Shown: in pieces, positions 1-7,961 of the stretch | Numbering within the stretch: position 1 is the stretch's first letter | Layout: each line of letters begins with the position of its first letter | Assembly (NCBI RefSeq): GCF_000011325.1 | Contig: NC_003450.3 | Span: forward strand, 1,410,001 to 1,442,000 | Origin: Corynebacterium glutamicum ATCC 13032 | GTDB lineage: Bacteria; Actinomycetota; Actinomycetes; Mycobacteriales; Mycobacteriaceae | Reading direction: 5' to 3' | Length of the DNA: 32,000 bases | Program-made: the position numbers and the translations under genes | The notes under the pieces: generated by a model | Database searches by the model: none | What the model was told of the DNA's origin: nothing | Seen by the model: only the letters and a program-made list of their open reading frames with translations

Positions 1-31
1 CATGATAGAGCCCTCTAATCTTGATGATAAA

Positions 32-52
32 CCTCAGGGATTGCTCCTGAGG
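32..52 (-). terminator. Weak hairpin downstream of the protease gene
   Basis: CCTCAGG (32-38) and CCTGAGG (46-52) pair across a 7-nt loop. On the minus strand only a short TTTAT follows. Confidence 0.3.
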
Positions 53-60
53 CAATTGGA

Positions 61-1011
61 TTAGGAACTGAGAGGGGATAAAGAACTCGAAAAAGTTGCC
101 GAAGGTTGATCCTCAGCGATTCGGTATCGAGATCGAAATCCCTCGAACGCTCGTTGTTCTTCTTCTACAGAAGTACTATTTTCCGAACTCATAATTTGAT
201 GTATCCATGCAGTGTGGGGCGAAATAGCAGAATGCCACATTTTTTTACCTTCCCCCGGTGAGCAGTCAAAATTGATCGCTCCGGCTGTATGTACTGCATG
301 AATCGTATTCCCTGCAAAGACTGCTCCTCCGGAATCACCGTTACAGCTTCTAGAATCAGTTAAAGAAACAGTTTCCAGTACATCCAAATAATAGGTACTG
401 AAACCTACATTGAATTTATCTAAGTGCGCTACTGACTCAACTCTCGCAATTGAAGAAAAATCGTTGCTACCGCCGTACCCAATGAGCGTCAGAACTTTTC
501 CTATAGCGATCTTTTCTTCGGGGAGATCAAAAGTTTGAGCAGAAATACCTCTCCCCACCTTGATTAAAGCTAAATCATGGTGCTCTGAAATTGTGTAGGT
601 ATTTTCAACACCTGCGACTTCACCATCGGATTGCTCCAGGTATCCAAGGAAGTCTTTCTCGGAGGTAACGCAGTGCCGTGCGGTTATCCAAAATTTTCCC
701 TCGATGTGATTAGCAGTACAAGAACGAACAACCTTTTTGGTATCTTCGGCCTCAGGATCGAACTGCCACAGCGCGGCGATTCTATTGTCCACTACAGGAT
801 GAGTGCTAGTGGCTTCCAGATTAATATTTGAAAGATTAAAAGGAGGATATGCCTCCGGGTTCTGCTGCAATTCGCGGTATTCAGAAATAGTATTCGGCCA
901 TTTTCCACCACTATCCTGCTCTTTCGTTATCTCTTGCGCATGTACCGGAATGGTGAACGGCATCAGCCCTATCAACAGAGCTCCGACAAAAGAGAAAAAG
1001 CGACTACACAT
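61..1011 (-). CDS. Secreted trypsin/chymotrypsin-like (S1 family) serine protease
   Basis: 316-aa ORF with an N-terminal signal peptide (MCSRFFSFVGALLIGLMPFTIPVHA/QE). The catalytic triad motifs occur in canonical order: WITARHC (His), HHDLALIKV (Asp), CNGDSGGAVF (Ser). Confidence 0.85.
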   Translation of the reverse strand: MCSRFFSFVGALLIGLMPFTIPVHAQEITKEQDSGGKWPNTISEYRELQQNPEAYPPFNLSNINLEATSTHPVVDNRIAALWQFDPEAEDTKKVVRSCTANHIEGKFWITARHCVTSEKDFLGYLEQSDGEVAGVENTYTISEHHDLALIKVGRGISAQTFDLPEEKIAIGKVLTLIGYGGSNDFSSIARVESVAHLDKFNVGFSTYYLDVLETVSLTDSRSCNGDSGGAVFAGNTIHAVHTAGAINFDCSPGEGKKMWHSAISPHTAWIHQIMSSENSTSVEEEQRAFEGFRSRYRIAEDQPSATFSSSLSPLSS

Positions 1012-1044
1012 ACAACGTGCTCAATTCGACTACATTATGGGATG

Positions 1045-1087
1045 AAAACCGCCATGACCTCTAGAGGAAAATGTCAGAGGTCATGGC
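1045..1087 (-). terminator. Rho-independent terminator after the small membrane-protein gene
   Basis: Perfect 12-bp stem GCCATGACCTCT (1051-1062) / AGAGGTCATGGC (1076-1087) with a 13-nt loop. On the minus strand it is followed by GGTTTTC. Confidence 0.5.
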
Positions 1088-1115
1088 AGCTAAGGAATGG
1101 ATCTCGCTAGGGGAT

Positions 1116-1424
1116 TTAACCGTTTTGAGGCGGGGAGAGTTCGTCTTTCGTCTTTTCACGCTGAGCCTCAATTTTTCTTTGAAGCTGAACGAAAACTGGC
1201 TGCATCAAGATCGTAAGTATTACTAATGCGATGAGAGAGCCGGTAATTCCTATGGAATCAGACTGTAAAGCTCCAGAGAAAATCACAACCGAGAGCACAA
1301 TGATCGTTGTCACTGCAAGAGCTGTGTACGCTTTCACATTAAGAGTCTGCTTGTTGCCCCGCGCTAGTAACTGGACCCCAAAAAAGAGAACCACCGCTAC
1401 TGCCAGCATGATTACAATTCCCAT
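1116..1424 (-). CDS. Small membrane protein (about 3 TM helices, charged C-terminal tail)
   Basis: 102-aa hydrophobic ORF. A strong SD (AAGGAG) lies 5 nt before the ATG and overlaps the stop codon of the upstream gene (tgcTAAGGAGAAATAATG), which indicates translational coupling. Confidence 0.65.
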   Translation of the reverse strand: MGIVIMLAVAVVLFFGVQLLARGNKQTLNVKAYTALAVTTIIVLSVVIFSGALQSDSIGITGSLIALVILTILMQPVFVQLQRKIEAQREKTKDELSPPQNG

Positions 1425-1433
1425 TATTTCTCC

Positions 1434-2000
1434 TTAGCAGTTGGCGACAGCGCCAGTGCCATATCCAGCAAGTCCCCCTGCTGCAAGCACAGCAAACCCC
1501 GTGCCACCTGTGGCAACTCCCAAAGCGGCGAGAGCTAGACCAGTTGCCACCACACCTGCTACCCCGCCTGACAAAGCGCCGACTCCGCATCGCCAGTCCT
1601 GTAAATCTGGCACCTCATCTGGATTCATGGTCAACAAAGCAGTATGGGAATCGACTTTCTCGATTGAGAAGCCTGGTTGGGCTTGAAGTTCAGCTGTCAA
1701 ATTCTCCAGAAGAGTGCCCTTATTATCTTTCATTAAGATTTCGCCGTTAACATCTTCGACGACGGCGTTAGAAAGCTTAATAAGTAGTTGGTTTTCTGCC
1801 ACGTAAAGCAGGTCTGCGGTAGCTTCACTGGTGTTTGCTTCTGCGTCTGCTTCTGGAGCCGATGATGAAGAGAATGCAGGTGTAATCGCTTGAAAGCTAG
1901 TTGGAGATTCAGCTGCAGTAGCTACGGATGTGAGAATAGATGCTGAAACGGTAATGCCAGCAATTAAAGCAATAGGACGATAAAACCCGAAGAACTTCAT
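1434..2000 (-). CDS. Exported protein with a Cys-bracketed Gly/Ala-rich (glycine-zipper-like) C-terminal region
   Basis: 188-aa ORF with SD AAAGGAA upstream of the ATG and a signal-peptide-like N-terminus (MKFFGFYRPIALIAGITVSASILTSVATAAE). The last ~50 aa are CGVGALSGGVAGVVATGLALAALGVATGGTGFAVLAAGGLAGYGTGAVANC. Confidence 0.65.
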   Translation of the reverse strand: MKFFGFYRPIALIAGITVSASILTSVATAAESPTSFQAITPAFSSSSAPEADAEANTSEATADLLYVAENQLLIKLSNAVVEDVNGEILMKDNKGTLLENLTAELQAQPGFSIEKVDSHTALLTMNPDEVPDLQDWRCGVGALSGGVAGVVATGLALAALGVATGGTGFAVLAAGGLAGYGTGAVANC

Positions 2001-2350
2001 AAGTATTCCTTTGAGCTAGATAAGCGGAGATTACACGAGCCGGAACTTCTGTGACCGGTGTGTTACTAACTTCAGGTGAACCGGAAGATAGCCTAGTGAT
2101 TCTTTTATGTCGATCTTCAGTGTGGTCGAGAACAAATAAGAATGTTTTTATGCTAGCAGTATGTACGTATTCAGGTATTAAGTGGATATGCTTAAGCTCT
2201 GGTTCACTTATGGTGCGCCCTTTTAGATAAAGGTTGGAAAGGGTGCTGGTGTAATTATCCCAGCAGGCGGAGAGAAGATAGACAGTGAGCTCATTGTGAG
2301 TTGAGGGTTTCACAGCTATTGCTGCATGTGCCAGGATTTAGCACGGTACA

Positions 2351-2575
2351 GTGCTAAAAATGGACGGACTGTTTACCCCGTTTTCAGATGCGTCATTAAA
2401 CAACACGGTAAAAACTGATGGAGATTCAGTACCTGGTCAAGACTTACCTATTACGAAGATCTCTGAGGATCGATTCGAGCGTTCTGCGTATGCAGCCCAG
2501 CTAGCGAAGATCACGTGCGATGTGGCCTCTCAGGGAGAGTACACAGTTTTCGGTCTCACTGGTCAGTGGTGTTAA
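2351..2575 (+). pseudogene. Possible N-terminal fragment of a KAP-family P-loop NTPase, truncated at the Walker A position
   Basis: The 74-aa ORF ends ...EDRFERSAYAAQLAKITCDVASQGEYTVFGLTGQWC*. This resembles the KAP NTPase N-terminal pattern (D-x-L/F-x-R-x-x-F/Y-A-x-x-L-A, then a hydrophobic strand, then G-x-W-G-S-GK-T/S). The ORF stops exactly where GxGKS/T should begin. Confidence 0.4.
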
Positions 2576-2622
2576 TTATGGTGTTCATGTTCTGCTTCTT
2601 TGCGTTGTCGGAGGTGCTGAAC

Positions 2623-2916
2623 TTAGCCACGGCGCTCTGAATCCCGGATCTCTCGGATAGCCCAGATAGTGCTGCCGGTGATAAGAACTGCCTGCAGTAG
2701 CATCGCAATAAGGAAGCGGGTAGTAGTATCCGCTGTTTCTGGCCAGGATGGTACTGCTACAAGCCAGAGCATGGTCTCGGCTAGCACATCTCCGCCCAAG
2801 GTTATTGAGATAACTGTCCACAGCACGGTTGCAGCGATAGCTACCCCTGATCCGAAGCGGATTCGTAGGGCGGTAGAGACCATAGCCAGTAAGATTCCGG
2901 TCAACACCCACAACAC
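2623..2916 (-). CDS. Membrane protein (3-4 TM), start uncertain
   Basis: Hydrophobic 97-aa ORF from a GTG start. The same frame stays open and hydrophobic up to 3054 (…TWQAIVLLLLALGTGGAYLLAGG…) without any ATG/GTG/TTG. Confidence 0.5.
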   Translation of the reverse strand: MLWVLTGILLAMVSTALRIRFGSGVAIAATVLWTVISITLGGDVLAETMLWLVAVPSWPETADTTTRFLIAMLLQAVLITGSTIWAIREIRDSERRG

Positions 2917-3417
2917 CAGTCGGGCAGTTTGAGTGACATCACCACCGGCCAGCAGATAGGCACCACCTGTACCTAGCGCAAGTAGTAAGAGAACAATCGC
3001 CTGCCAGGTAAGATATATGCCTCTGATACGGTGATTCTCGATGACAGTAATAAGCTAAGTGTCAAGCCCGTGTACTGCTTATATTGTACGGAACTGATTC
3101 CGTCCGTATAGCTCAGACACGTGAACGAGTTAGTAATTTTTTTATGCTTTTTTGTACTGCCGGGTGGTTATCTCGCAGTGGAATATAAATTCGATTGCGA
3201 GTTTTTTTCAGGCTCTCAGAATTGCCCCCATGTGGGCGGAAAAAAGGTGAATAAATTCCCTTTTTTACCCCAGAATTTTCAGCCACAAGAGGGGTGCGGA
3301 TTGGGGTCAAGAATCATATTTCAGTCACAGCTGCGGGTGTAAAAAAATGGCTCATGTCCGGTGATGGAGCTACGAAACCGGGGTAGCGGTGGCGTTCTAA
3401 AATGTGATGCAAATCAT

Positions 3418-3459
3418 AATAATACCCCCGTAACATGAAGATGTTACGGGGGTATTATT
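3418..3459. repeat. Perfect 19-bp inverted repeat (hairpin, GAAG loop) in AT-rich non-coding DNA
   Basis: AATAATACCCCCGTAACAT (3418-3436), GAAG, ATGTTACGGGGGTATTATT (3441-3459). There is no adjacent U-tract on either strand. Confidence 0.9.
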
Positions 3460-3564
3460 GCGCTTAATGCCCATTATCGCTGATTATCATGCGATTAATA
3501 TTTAGACACTTTTTGGACACCTAAGCCCTATTTGATCTTATATTGTCAGCGTTTCCGCTGGTAG

Positions 3565-3641
3565 TGGTGCCCCTGGTGAGACTCGAACTCACACTGGACG
3601 GGTTTTGAATCCGTTGCCTCTGCCAATTGGGCTACAAGGGC
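3565..3641 (-). tRNA. tRNA with anticodon loop UUCAAAA (anticodon CAA, nominally Leu) but only a 5-nt variable loop
   Basis: The hand-folded 77-nt cloverleaf has these parts:
- Acceptor stem GCCCTTG/CAGGGGC with one G.U pair.
- A 3-bp D stem with a GG-containing D loop.
- Anticodon stem ACGGA/CCCGT with an A31.C39 mismatch.
- Canonical T arm GTGAG-TTCGAGT-CTCAC.
- Discriminator A and an encoded CCA. Confidence 0.85.
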
Positions 3642-3744
3642 ATCAATCAATTGCAGAACTAACCCGGTTGTTTCCGAGCCAGTCTGAATGACTGAAAGCA
3701 ATATTAGACCATCAATGATTAGGAATGGAAATTAGGGGTCTGGT

Positions 3745-6462
3745 TTGGGTGAATGTGTCGCTAATTTTTCCACTCGCCTACACTCGGGAGGCGTGACTGA
3801 GAAGACTGACCAGACCTTAATGCTTATCGACGGCCACTCGATGGCTTTCCGCGCATTCTTTGCTTTGCCGGCTGAGAATTTCTCCACGTCGGGCGGGCAG
3901 GCCACCAATGCTGTCTATGGCTTTCTCTCGATGCTGTCCACGTTGTTGAAGGATGAGCAGCCTACTCATGTGGCGGTGGCTTTCGATGTGGGGCGTAAGA
4001 CGTTCCGTACCGATATGTTCCCGGCGTATAAGGCGCAGCGTGAAGCAACGCCACCTGAGTTTAAGGGCCAGGTGGAAATCCTCAAGGAGGTGTTGTCCAC
4101 TTTGGGAATTACGACTATTGAGAAAATCGATTTTGAGGCTGATGATGTGATCGCCACGTTGTCTGTGGCGGCGAAACCTTTAGGCTTTAAGACGCTGATT
4201 GTTACGGGTGACCGTGATTCCTTCCAGTTGGTCAATGACACCACCACGGTGTTGTATCCGATGAAGGGCGTGTCTGTGCTGCACCGTTTCACGCCGGAAG
4301 CAGTGGAGGAGAAGTATGGACTGACACCGAGGCAGTATCCGGAGTTTGCAGCGCTGCGTGGTGATCCTTCCGATAACTTGCCTAATATTCCTGGCGTGGG
4401 CGAGAAGACTGCTACCAAGTGGATTGCCCAGTATGAAACTTTGGATAATTTGCTTGATCACGCTGATGAGATCAAGGGCAAGGTTGGCGCCAGCCTGCGT
4501 GAGCGCATTGAGCAGGTCCGGATGAACCGCAAGCTCACGGAGATGGTGAAGGATCTGGAGCTGCCGCTTGGTCCGGACGATTTTGAGATGAAGCCTGTGC
4601 AGGTTGCGGAGGTTGCGGCGAAGTTTGACGATCTGGAGTTTGGTACCAATTTGCGTGAGCGGGTGCTGGCGGTGGTGAAGGCCGAGGGTTCCGCTGCCCC
4701 CGTGGAGGAAGTGGAAGCGGAACAGGTTGTCGTCGATACGCAATCTTTGGCGCAATGGCTGCCTGCTAGGGCTGGCCAGGCGCTTGCTTTAGCGCTGGCT
4801 GGAGTGGCTAAACCTGCTGCTGGCGACACGTATGCGCTAGCGATTGCGGATACCAAGCGCCATGCGGTGTTGGTTGATGTGGCTGATATTTCAGCGGAGG
4901 ATGAAAAGGCGCTGGCCACGTGGTTGGCGTCGGAAGATCCAAAGATGCTGCACGGCGCTAAGGCCGCCTATCATATGCTCGCTGGGCGCGGTTTTGAGCT
5001 GCACGGCGTGGTGCATGACACGGCGATCGCGGCATACTTGCTGCGTCCGGGCCAACGCACCTATGAGCTTGCCGACGTCTACCAGCGGCATCTTCAACGA
5101 CAGTTGTCTACAAACGACAATGGCGGCCAGCTCACGCTGCTCGACGCAGCTGATGACCAATCGCTTGTTGATGATGTCATTGCAATCCTTGAGCTGTCTG
5201 AAGAATTGACCAAACAGCTTCAGGAGATTCAAGCTTTTGAGCTTTACCATGACCTGGAAATTCCGCTGTCGGGAATTCTGGCGCGCATGGAGGCCATCGG
5301 TATCGCTGTTGATGTTGCCACTTTGGAAGAGCAGTTGAAGACTTTCATTGGTCAGGTTGCTCAGGAAGAGGAAGCAGCTCGCGAGCTCGCTGAGGATCCA
5401 ACCCTGAATCTCTCGAGCCCGAAGCAGCTGCAAGTGGTGCTTTTTGAGACGTTCGGAATGCCGAAAACCAAGAAAACCAAGACCGGCTACTCTACGGCTG
5501 CCGCGGAAATTGAAGCCCTAGCGATCAAGAATCCGCACCCATTCCTAGATCACCTGTTGGCACACCGTCAGTACCAAAAGATGAAGACCACTCTGGAAGG
5601 TCTCATCCGTGAGGTGGCTCCTGATGGCCGTATTCACACCACCTTCAACCAGACGGTGGCGTCTACGGGACGTTTGTCATCCACTGATCCCAACCTGCAA
5701 AACATTCCTGTGCGCACTGAGGCTGGCCGAAAGATTCGTTCGGGATTCGTCGTAGGCGAGGGGTATGAAACCTTGCTGACTGCCGACTATTCGCAGATTG
5801 AAATGCGCGTGATGGCTCACCTTTCCCAGGACCCAGGCTTGATTGAGGCGTACCGCGAAGGCGAAGACCTGCACAATTACGTGGGTTCCAAGGTGTTTAA
5901 TGTGCCCATCGATGGCGTGACCCCTGAGCTGCGTCGCCAGGTCAAGGCCATGTCTTACGGTCTGGTGTACGGCTTGTCCGCGTTTGGTTTGTCTCAGCAG
6001 CTGAGCATTCCTGCTGGCGAAGCGAAGCAGATCATGGAGTCCTACTTCGAGCGCTTCGGCGGAGTACAGCGCTACCTCCGGGAGATCGTGGAGGAGGCTC
6101 GAAAAGCTGGCTACACGGAAACGCTGTTTGGGCGTCGTCGCTACCTGCCGGAACTGACCTCGGATAACCGTGTCGCTCGTGAAAACGCTGAACGTGCCGC
6201 ACTGAACGCCCCGATTCAGGGAACTGCCGCAGACATCATCAAGGTGGCCATGATCCGGGTGGACCGTTCACTCAAGGAAGCTGCCGTGAAATCTCGCGTG
6301 CTGCTTCAGGTGCATGATGAATTGGTCGTGGAAGTAGCGGCCGGTGAGTTGGAACAAGTCCGTGAGATTCTGGAACGCGAAATGGATAACGCCATCAAGC
6401 TGTCCGTTCCTTTGGAAGTTTCAGCTGGTGATGGCGTTAACTGGGATGCTGCAGCGCACTAA
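3745..6462 (+). CDS. polA: DNA polymerase I
   Basis: 905-aa ORF with a 5'-nuclease domain (LMLIDGHSMAFRAFFA, GDRDSFQL, GVGEKTA). The polymerase motifs are A (LLTADYSQIEMRV), B (RRQVKAMSYGLVYG) and C (LQVHDELVVE). The true start may be GTG 3793 or ATG 3820 rather than 3745. Confidence 0.97.
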   Translation: MGECVANFSTRLHSGGVTEKTDQTLMLIDGHSMAFRAFFALPAENFSTSGGQATNAVYGFLSMLSTLLKDEQPTHVAVAFDVGRKTFRTDMFPAYKAQREATPPEFKGQVEILKEVLSTLGITTIEKIDFEADDVIATLSVAAKPLGFKTLIVTGDRDSFQLVNDTTTVLYPMKGVSVLHRFTPEAVEEKYGLTPRQYPEFAALRGDPSDNLPNIPGVGEKTATKWIAQYETLDNLLDHADEIKGKVGASLRERIEQVRMNRKLTEMVKDLELPLGPDDFEMKPVQVAEVAAKFDDLEFGTNLRERVLAVVKAEGSAAPVEEVEAEQVVVDTQSLAQWLPARAGQALALALAGVAKPAAGDTYALAIADTKRHAVLVDVADISAEDEKALATWLASEDPKMLHGAKAAYHMLAGRGFELHGVVHDTAIAAYLLRPGQRTYELADVYQRHLQRQLSTNDNGGQLTLLDAADDQSLVDDVIAILELSEELTKQLQEIQAFELYHDLEIPLSGILARMEAIGIAVDVATLEEQLKTFIGQVAQEEEAARELAEDPTLNLSSPKQLQVVLFETFGMPKTKKTKTGYSTAAAEIEALAIKNPHPFLDHLLAHRQYQKMKTTLEGLIREVAPDGRIHTTFNQTVASTGRLSSTDPNLQNIPVRTEAGRKIRSGFVVGEGYETLLTADYSQIEMRVMAHLSQDPGLIEAYREGEDLHNYVGSKVFNVPIDGVTPELRRQVKAMSYGLVYGLSAFGLSQQLSIPAGEAKQIMESYFERFGGVQRYLREIVEEARKAGYTETLFGRRRYLPELTSDNRVARENAERAALNAPIQGTAADIIKVAMIRVDRSLKEAAVKSRVLLQVHDELVVEVAAGELEQVREILEREMDNAIKLSVPLEVSAGDGVNWDAAAH

Positions 6463-7883
6463 GAGGTAACTGCCTTTTCGTCGACGAGCTGGGTTGGGCG
6501 CTCGCTACTCTTTCGGGTTTCGTGGCGCTTCAGCAGTGTGACCGCAAAGATGGTGGCCAGCGTCAGCGTCACGGTGGAGAGCAAGAATCCGAAGTGTGCG
6601 CGGTCGCTGATCATCTCTGATGTTGCATCATGTCCGATGACAGCGACAGCCAAGGAGGAGAACACACCCAAACCGAAGGTGCCGCCGATTTGGTGAAGGG
6701 AATTCACCAGGCCAGAAACGGCGCCGGATTGGTCCTTCGGTGCACCTTGAACTGCCAGAGCTGTCATTGGTCCGAAAGCGAAGCCTTGGCCAAATCCCAC
6801 CAAAACTATTGGTAGGATCAGCGCGATCATCGTGTTTGGTACAAATGCGAGGCCTGCCATGCCGATGACCATGATGGCGAAACCGATGACGGTGAGCATG
6901 GAATCAGATACGCCTGCTCGGGAAAGCCGTGGCACCATCGCGGCGCTGGCAAACTGCAGCAGAGATAGCGGCATGAACGCAAGGCCTGCCTGGAGAGCAT
7001 TCATTCCCATGGTGTCCTGGAACAGCTGGGTGGCAAAGAAGAAGAATGACATCACGGAGCCAACCAGAAGAAAGCGGCTGGCCAAGATGGTGTTTCGCCT
7101 GCGGTTTTTAAAGAGCCCCAGGGGCAGAAGTGGTTCTTTGGCTGAGGATTCATGGCGCAGGAACCAGATGAACACTGCGATGCCCAGCACGAGGGAAATC
7201 AACACAAACGGATCTGTCCAGCTGTAATCGGCGCTGCGGACAATTGCGTAGAGCACCGCGGCGATACCTGCCGTGGAGGTAATTGCTCCGAAGATGTCGA
7301 GTGATCCAGGCCTGCTGAAGGTTGCGGGAATGGCTTTGTGCACTATGTAGGCCAACACTGCGGCGATGGGGACGTTGATAAAGAAGCCGATGCGCCACGA
7401 CAAAAGATCAGCAAATACGCCGCCGATCACTAGGCCTGCTGCCACACCGATGCCGGCAACAGCACCATAAGCAGAGGTAGCACGAAGGCGAGCTGGGCCT
7501 TCGGGGAAGAACTCAGTAATCAACGCAAGTGTCGCTGGAGCGATAATCGCAGCTCCCGCGCCTTGAACTACGCGTGCTCCAATGAGGACCGCAGCATTTG
7601 GAGAAAGCGCAATTGCCAACGATGAAGCCGCAAACAACGCGAGACCAATGTAGAGCACTTTCTTTCGGCCGAAGATATCACCGGCACGAGCTCCCAGCAG
7701 AAGAAGTGCGCCGAAGACTAATGTGTAGGAACTCTGCACCCATGACAGGTGCACGGGATCGATGCCAAGTTCACTGCCGATGGCAGGTAGACCCGTAATG
7801 ACGATGGAGGTGTCAAGCAGAATCATGAAGTAGCCCAAAAGGACGATGCTTAAAATCATGTGACTAATTTTTGATGGCAGCAA
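6459..7883 (-). CDS. MFS transporter, 14-TM drug:H+ antiporter (DHA2/EmrB-QacA-like)
   Basis: 474-aa polytopic ORF with the motifs MILLDTSIVITGLP and GRKKVLYIGLALFA. ATG 7859 is an alternative start. The stop codon overlaps the polA stop by 4 nt (convergent genes). Confidence 0.85.
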   Translation of the reverse strand: MLPSKISHMILSIVLLGYFMILLDTSIVITGLPAIGSELGIDPVHLSWVQSSYTLVFGALLLLGARAGDIFGRKKVLYIGLALFAASSLAIALSPNAAVLIGARVVQGAGAAIIAPATLALITEFFPEGPARLRATSAYGAVAGIGVAAGLVIGGVFADLLSWRIGFFINVPIAAVLAYIVHKAIPATFSRPGSLDIFGAITSTAGIAAVLYAIVRSADYSWTDPFVLISLVLGIAVFIWFLRHESSAKEPLLPLGLFKNRRRNTILASRFLLVGSVMSFFFFATQLFQDTMGMNALQAGLAFMPLSLLQFASAAMVPRLSRAGVSDSMLTVIGFAIMVIGMAGLAFVPNTMIALILPIVLVGFGQGFAFGPMTALAVQGAPKDQSGAVSGLVNSLHQIGGTFGLGVFSSLAVAVIGHDATSEMISDRAHFGFLLSTVTLTLATIFAVTLLKRHETRKSSERPTQLVDEKAVTS

Positions 7884-7961
7884 GAAAACGCAACAGTGAT
7901 CGCTTATGCCGGTACTACTGGTACCTGTTTAAAAGTCAGCCCCAACGCCTATGTTGAAGAT

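Larger units (their letters stand above)
1..3564. mobile_element. Probable degenerate prophage or genomic-island arm (right end), abutting the 3' end of a tRNA
   Basis: The block is visibly AT-richer than the sequence right of 3745 and has many A/T homopolymer runs. It holds only orphan secreted/membrane ORFs and a truncated NTPase fragment. It ends directly at the CCA end of the minus-strand tRNA (3565). No integrase is present in the window. Confidence 0.45.

Noticed and set aside
1909-2313. 134-aa minus-strand ORF upstream of and overlapping the Gly-zipper gene
   Set aside because: It has a GTG start without an SD. It overlaps the well-supported start and SD of the 1434-2000 gene by 92 nt in another frame, and its C-terminal third is clearly off-frame nonsense. 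At best it is a decayed remnant, and the evidence is not enough to call it.
3113-3342. Two mutually antisense 65-73-aa ORFs in the AT-rich spacer
   Set aside because: The region is full of A/T homopolymer runs, the translations are low-complexity, there is no SD, and the two ORFs exclude each other.
3953-5874. Several 65-190-aa ORFs in other frames or on the other strand inside polA, with similar ones inside ptsG (13616-15063), the MFS genes, uvrB and the helicase gene
   Set aside because: All are nested within confidently identified genes. None has a motif or SD, and their compositions are those expected from off-frame translation.
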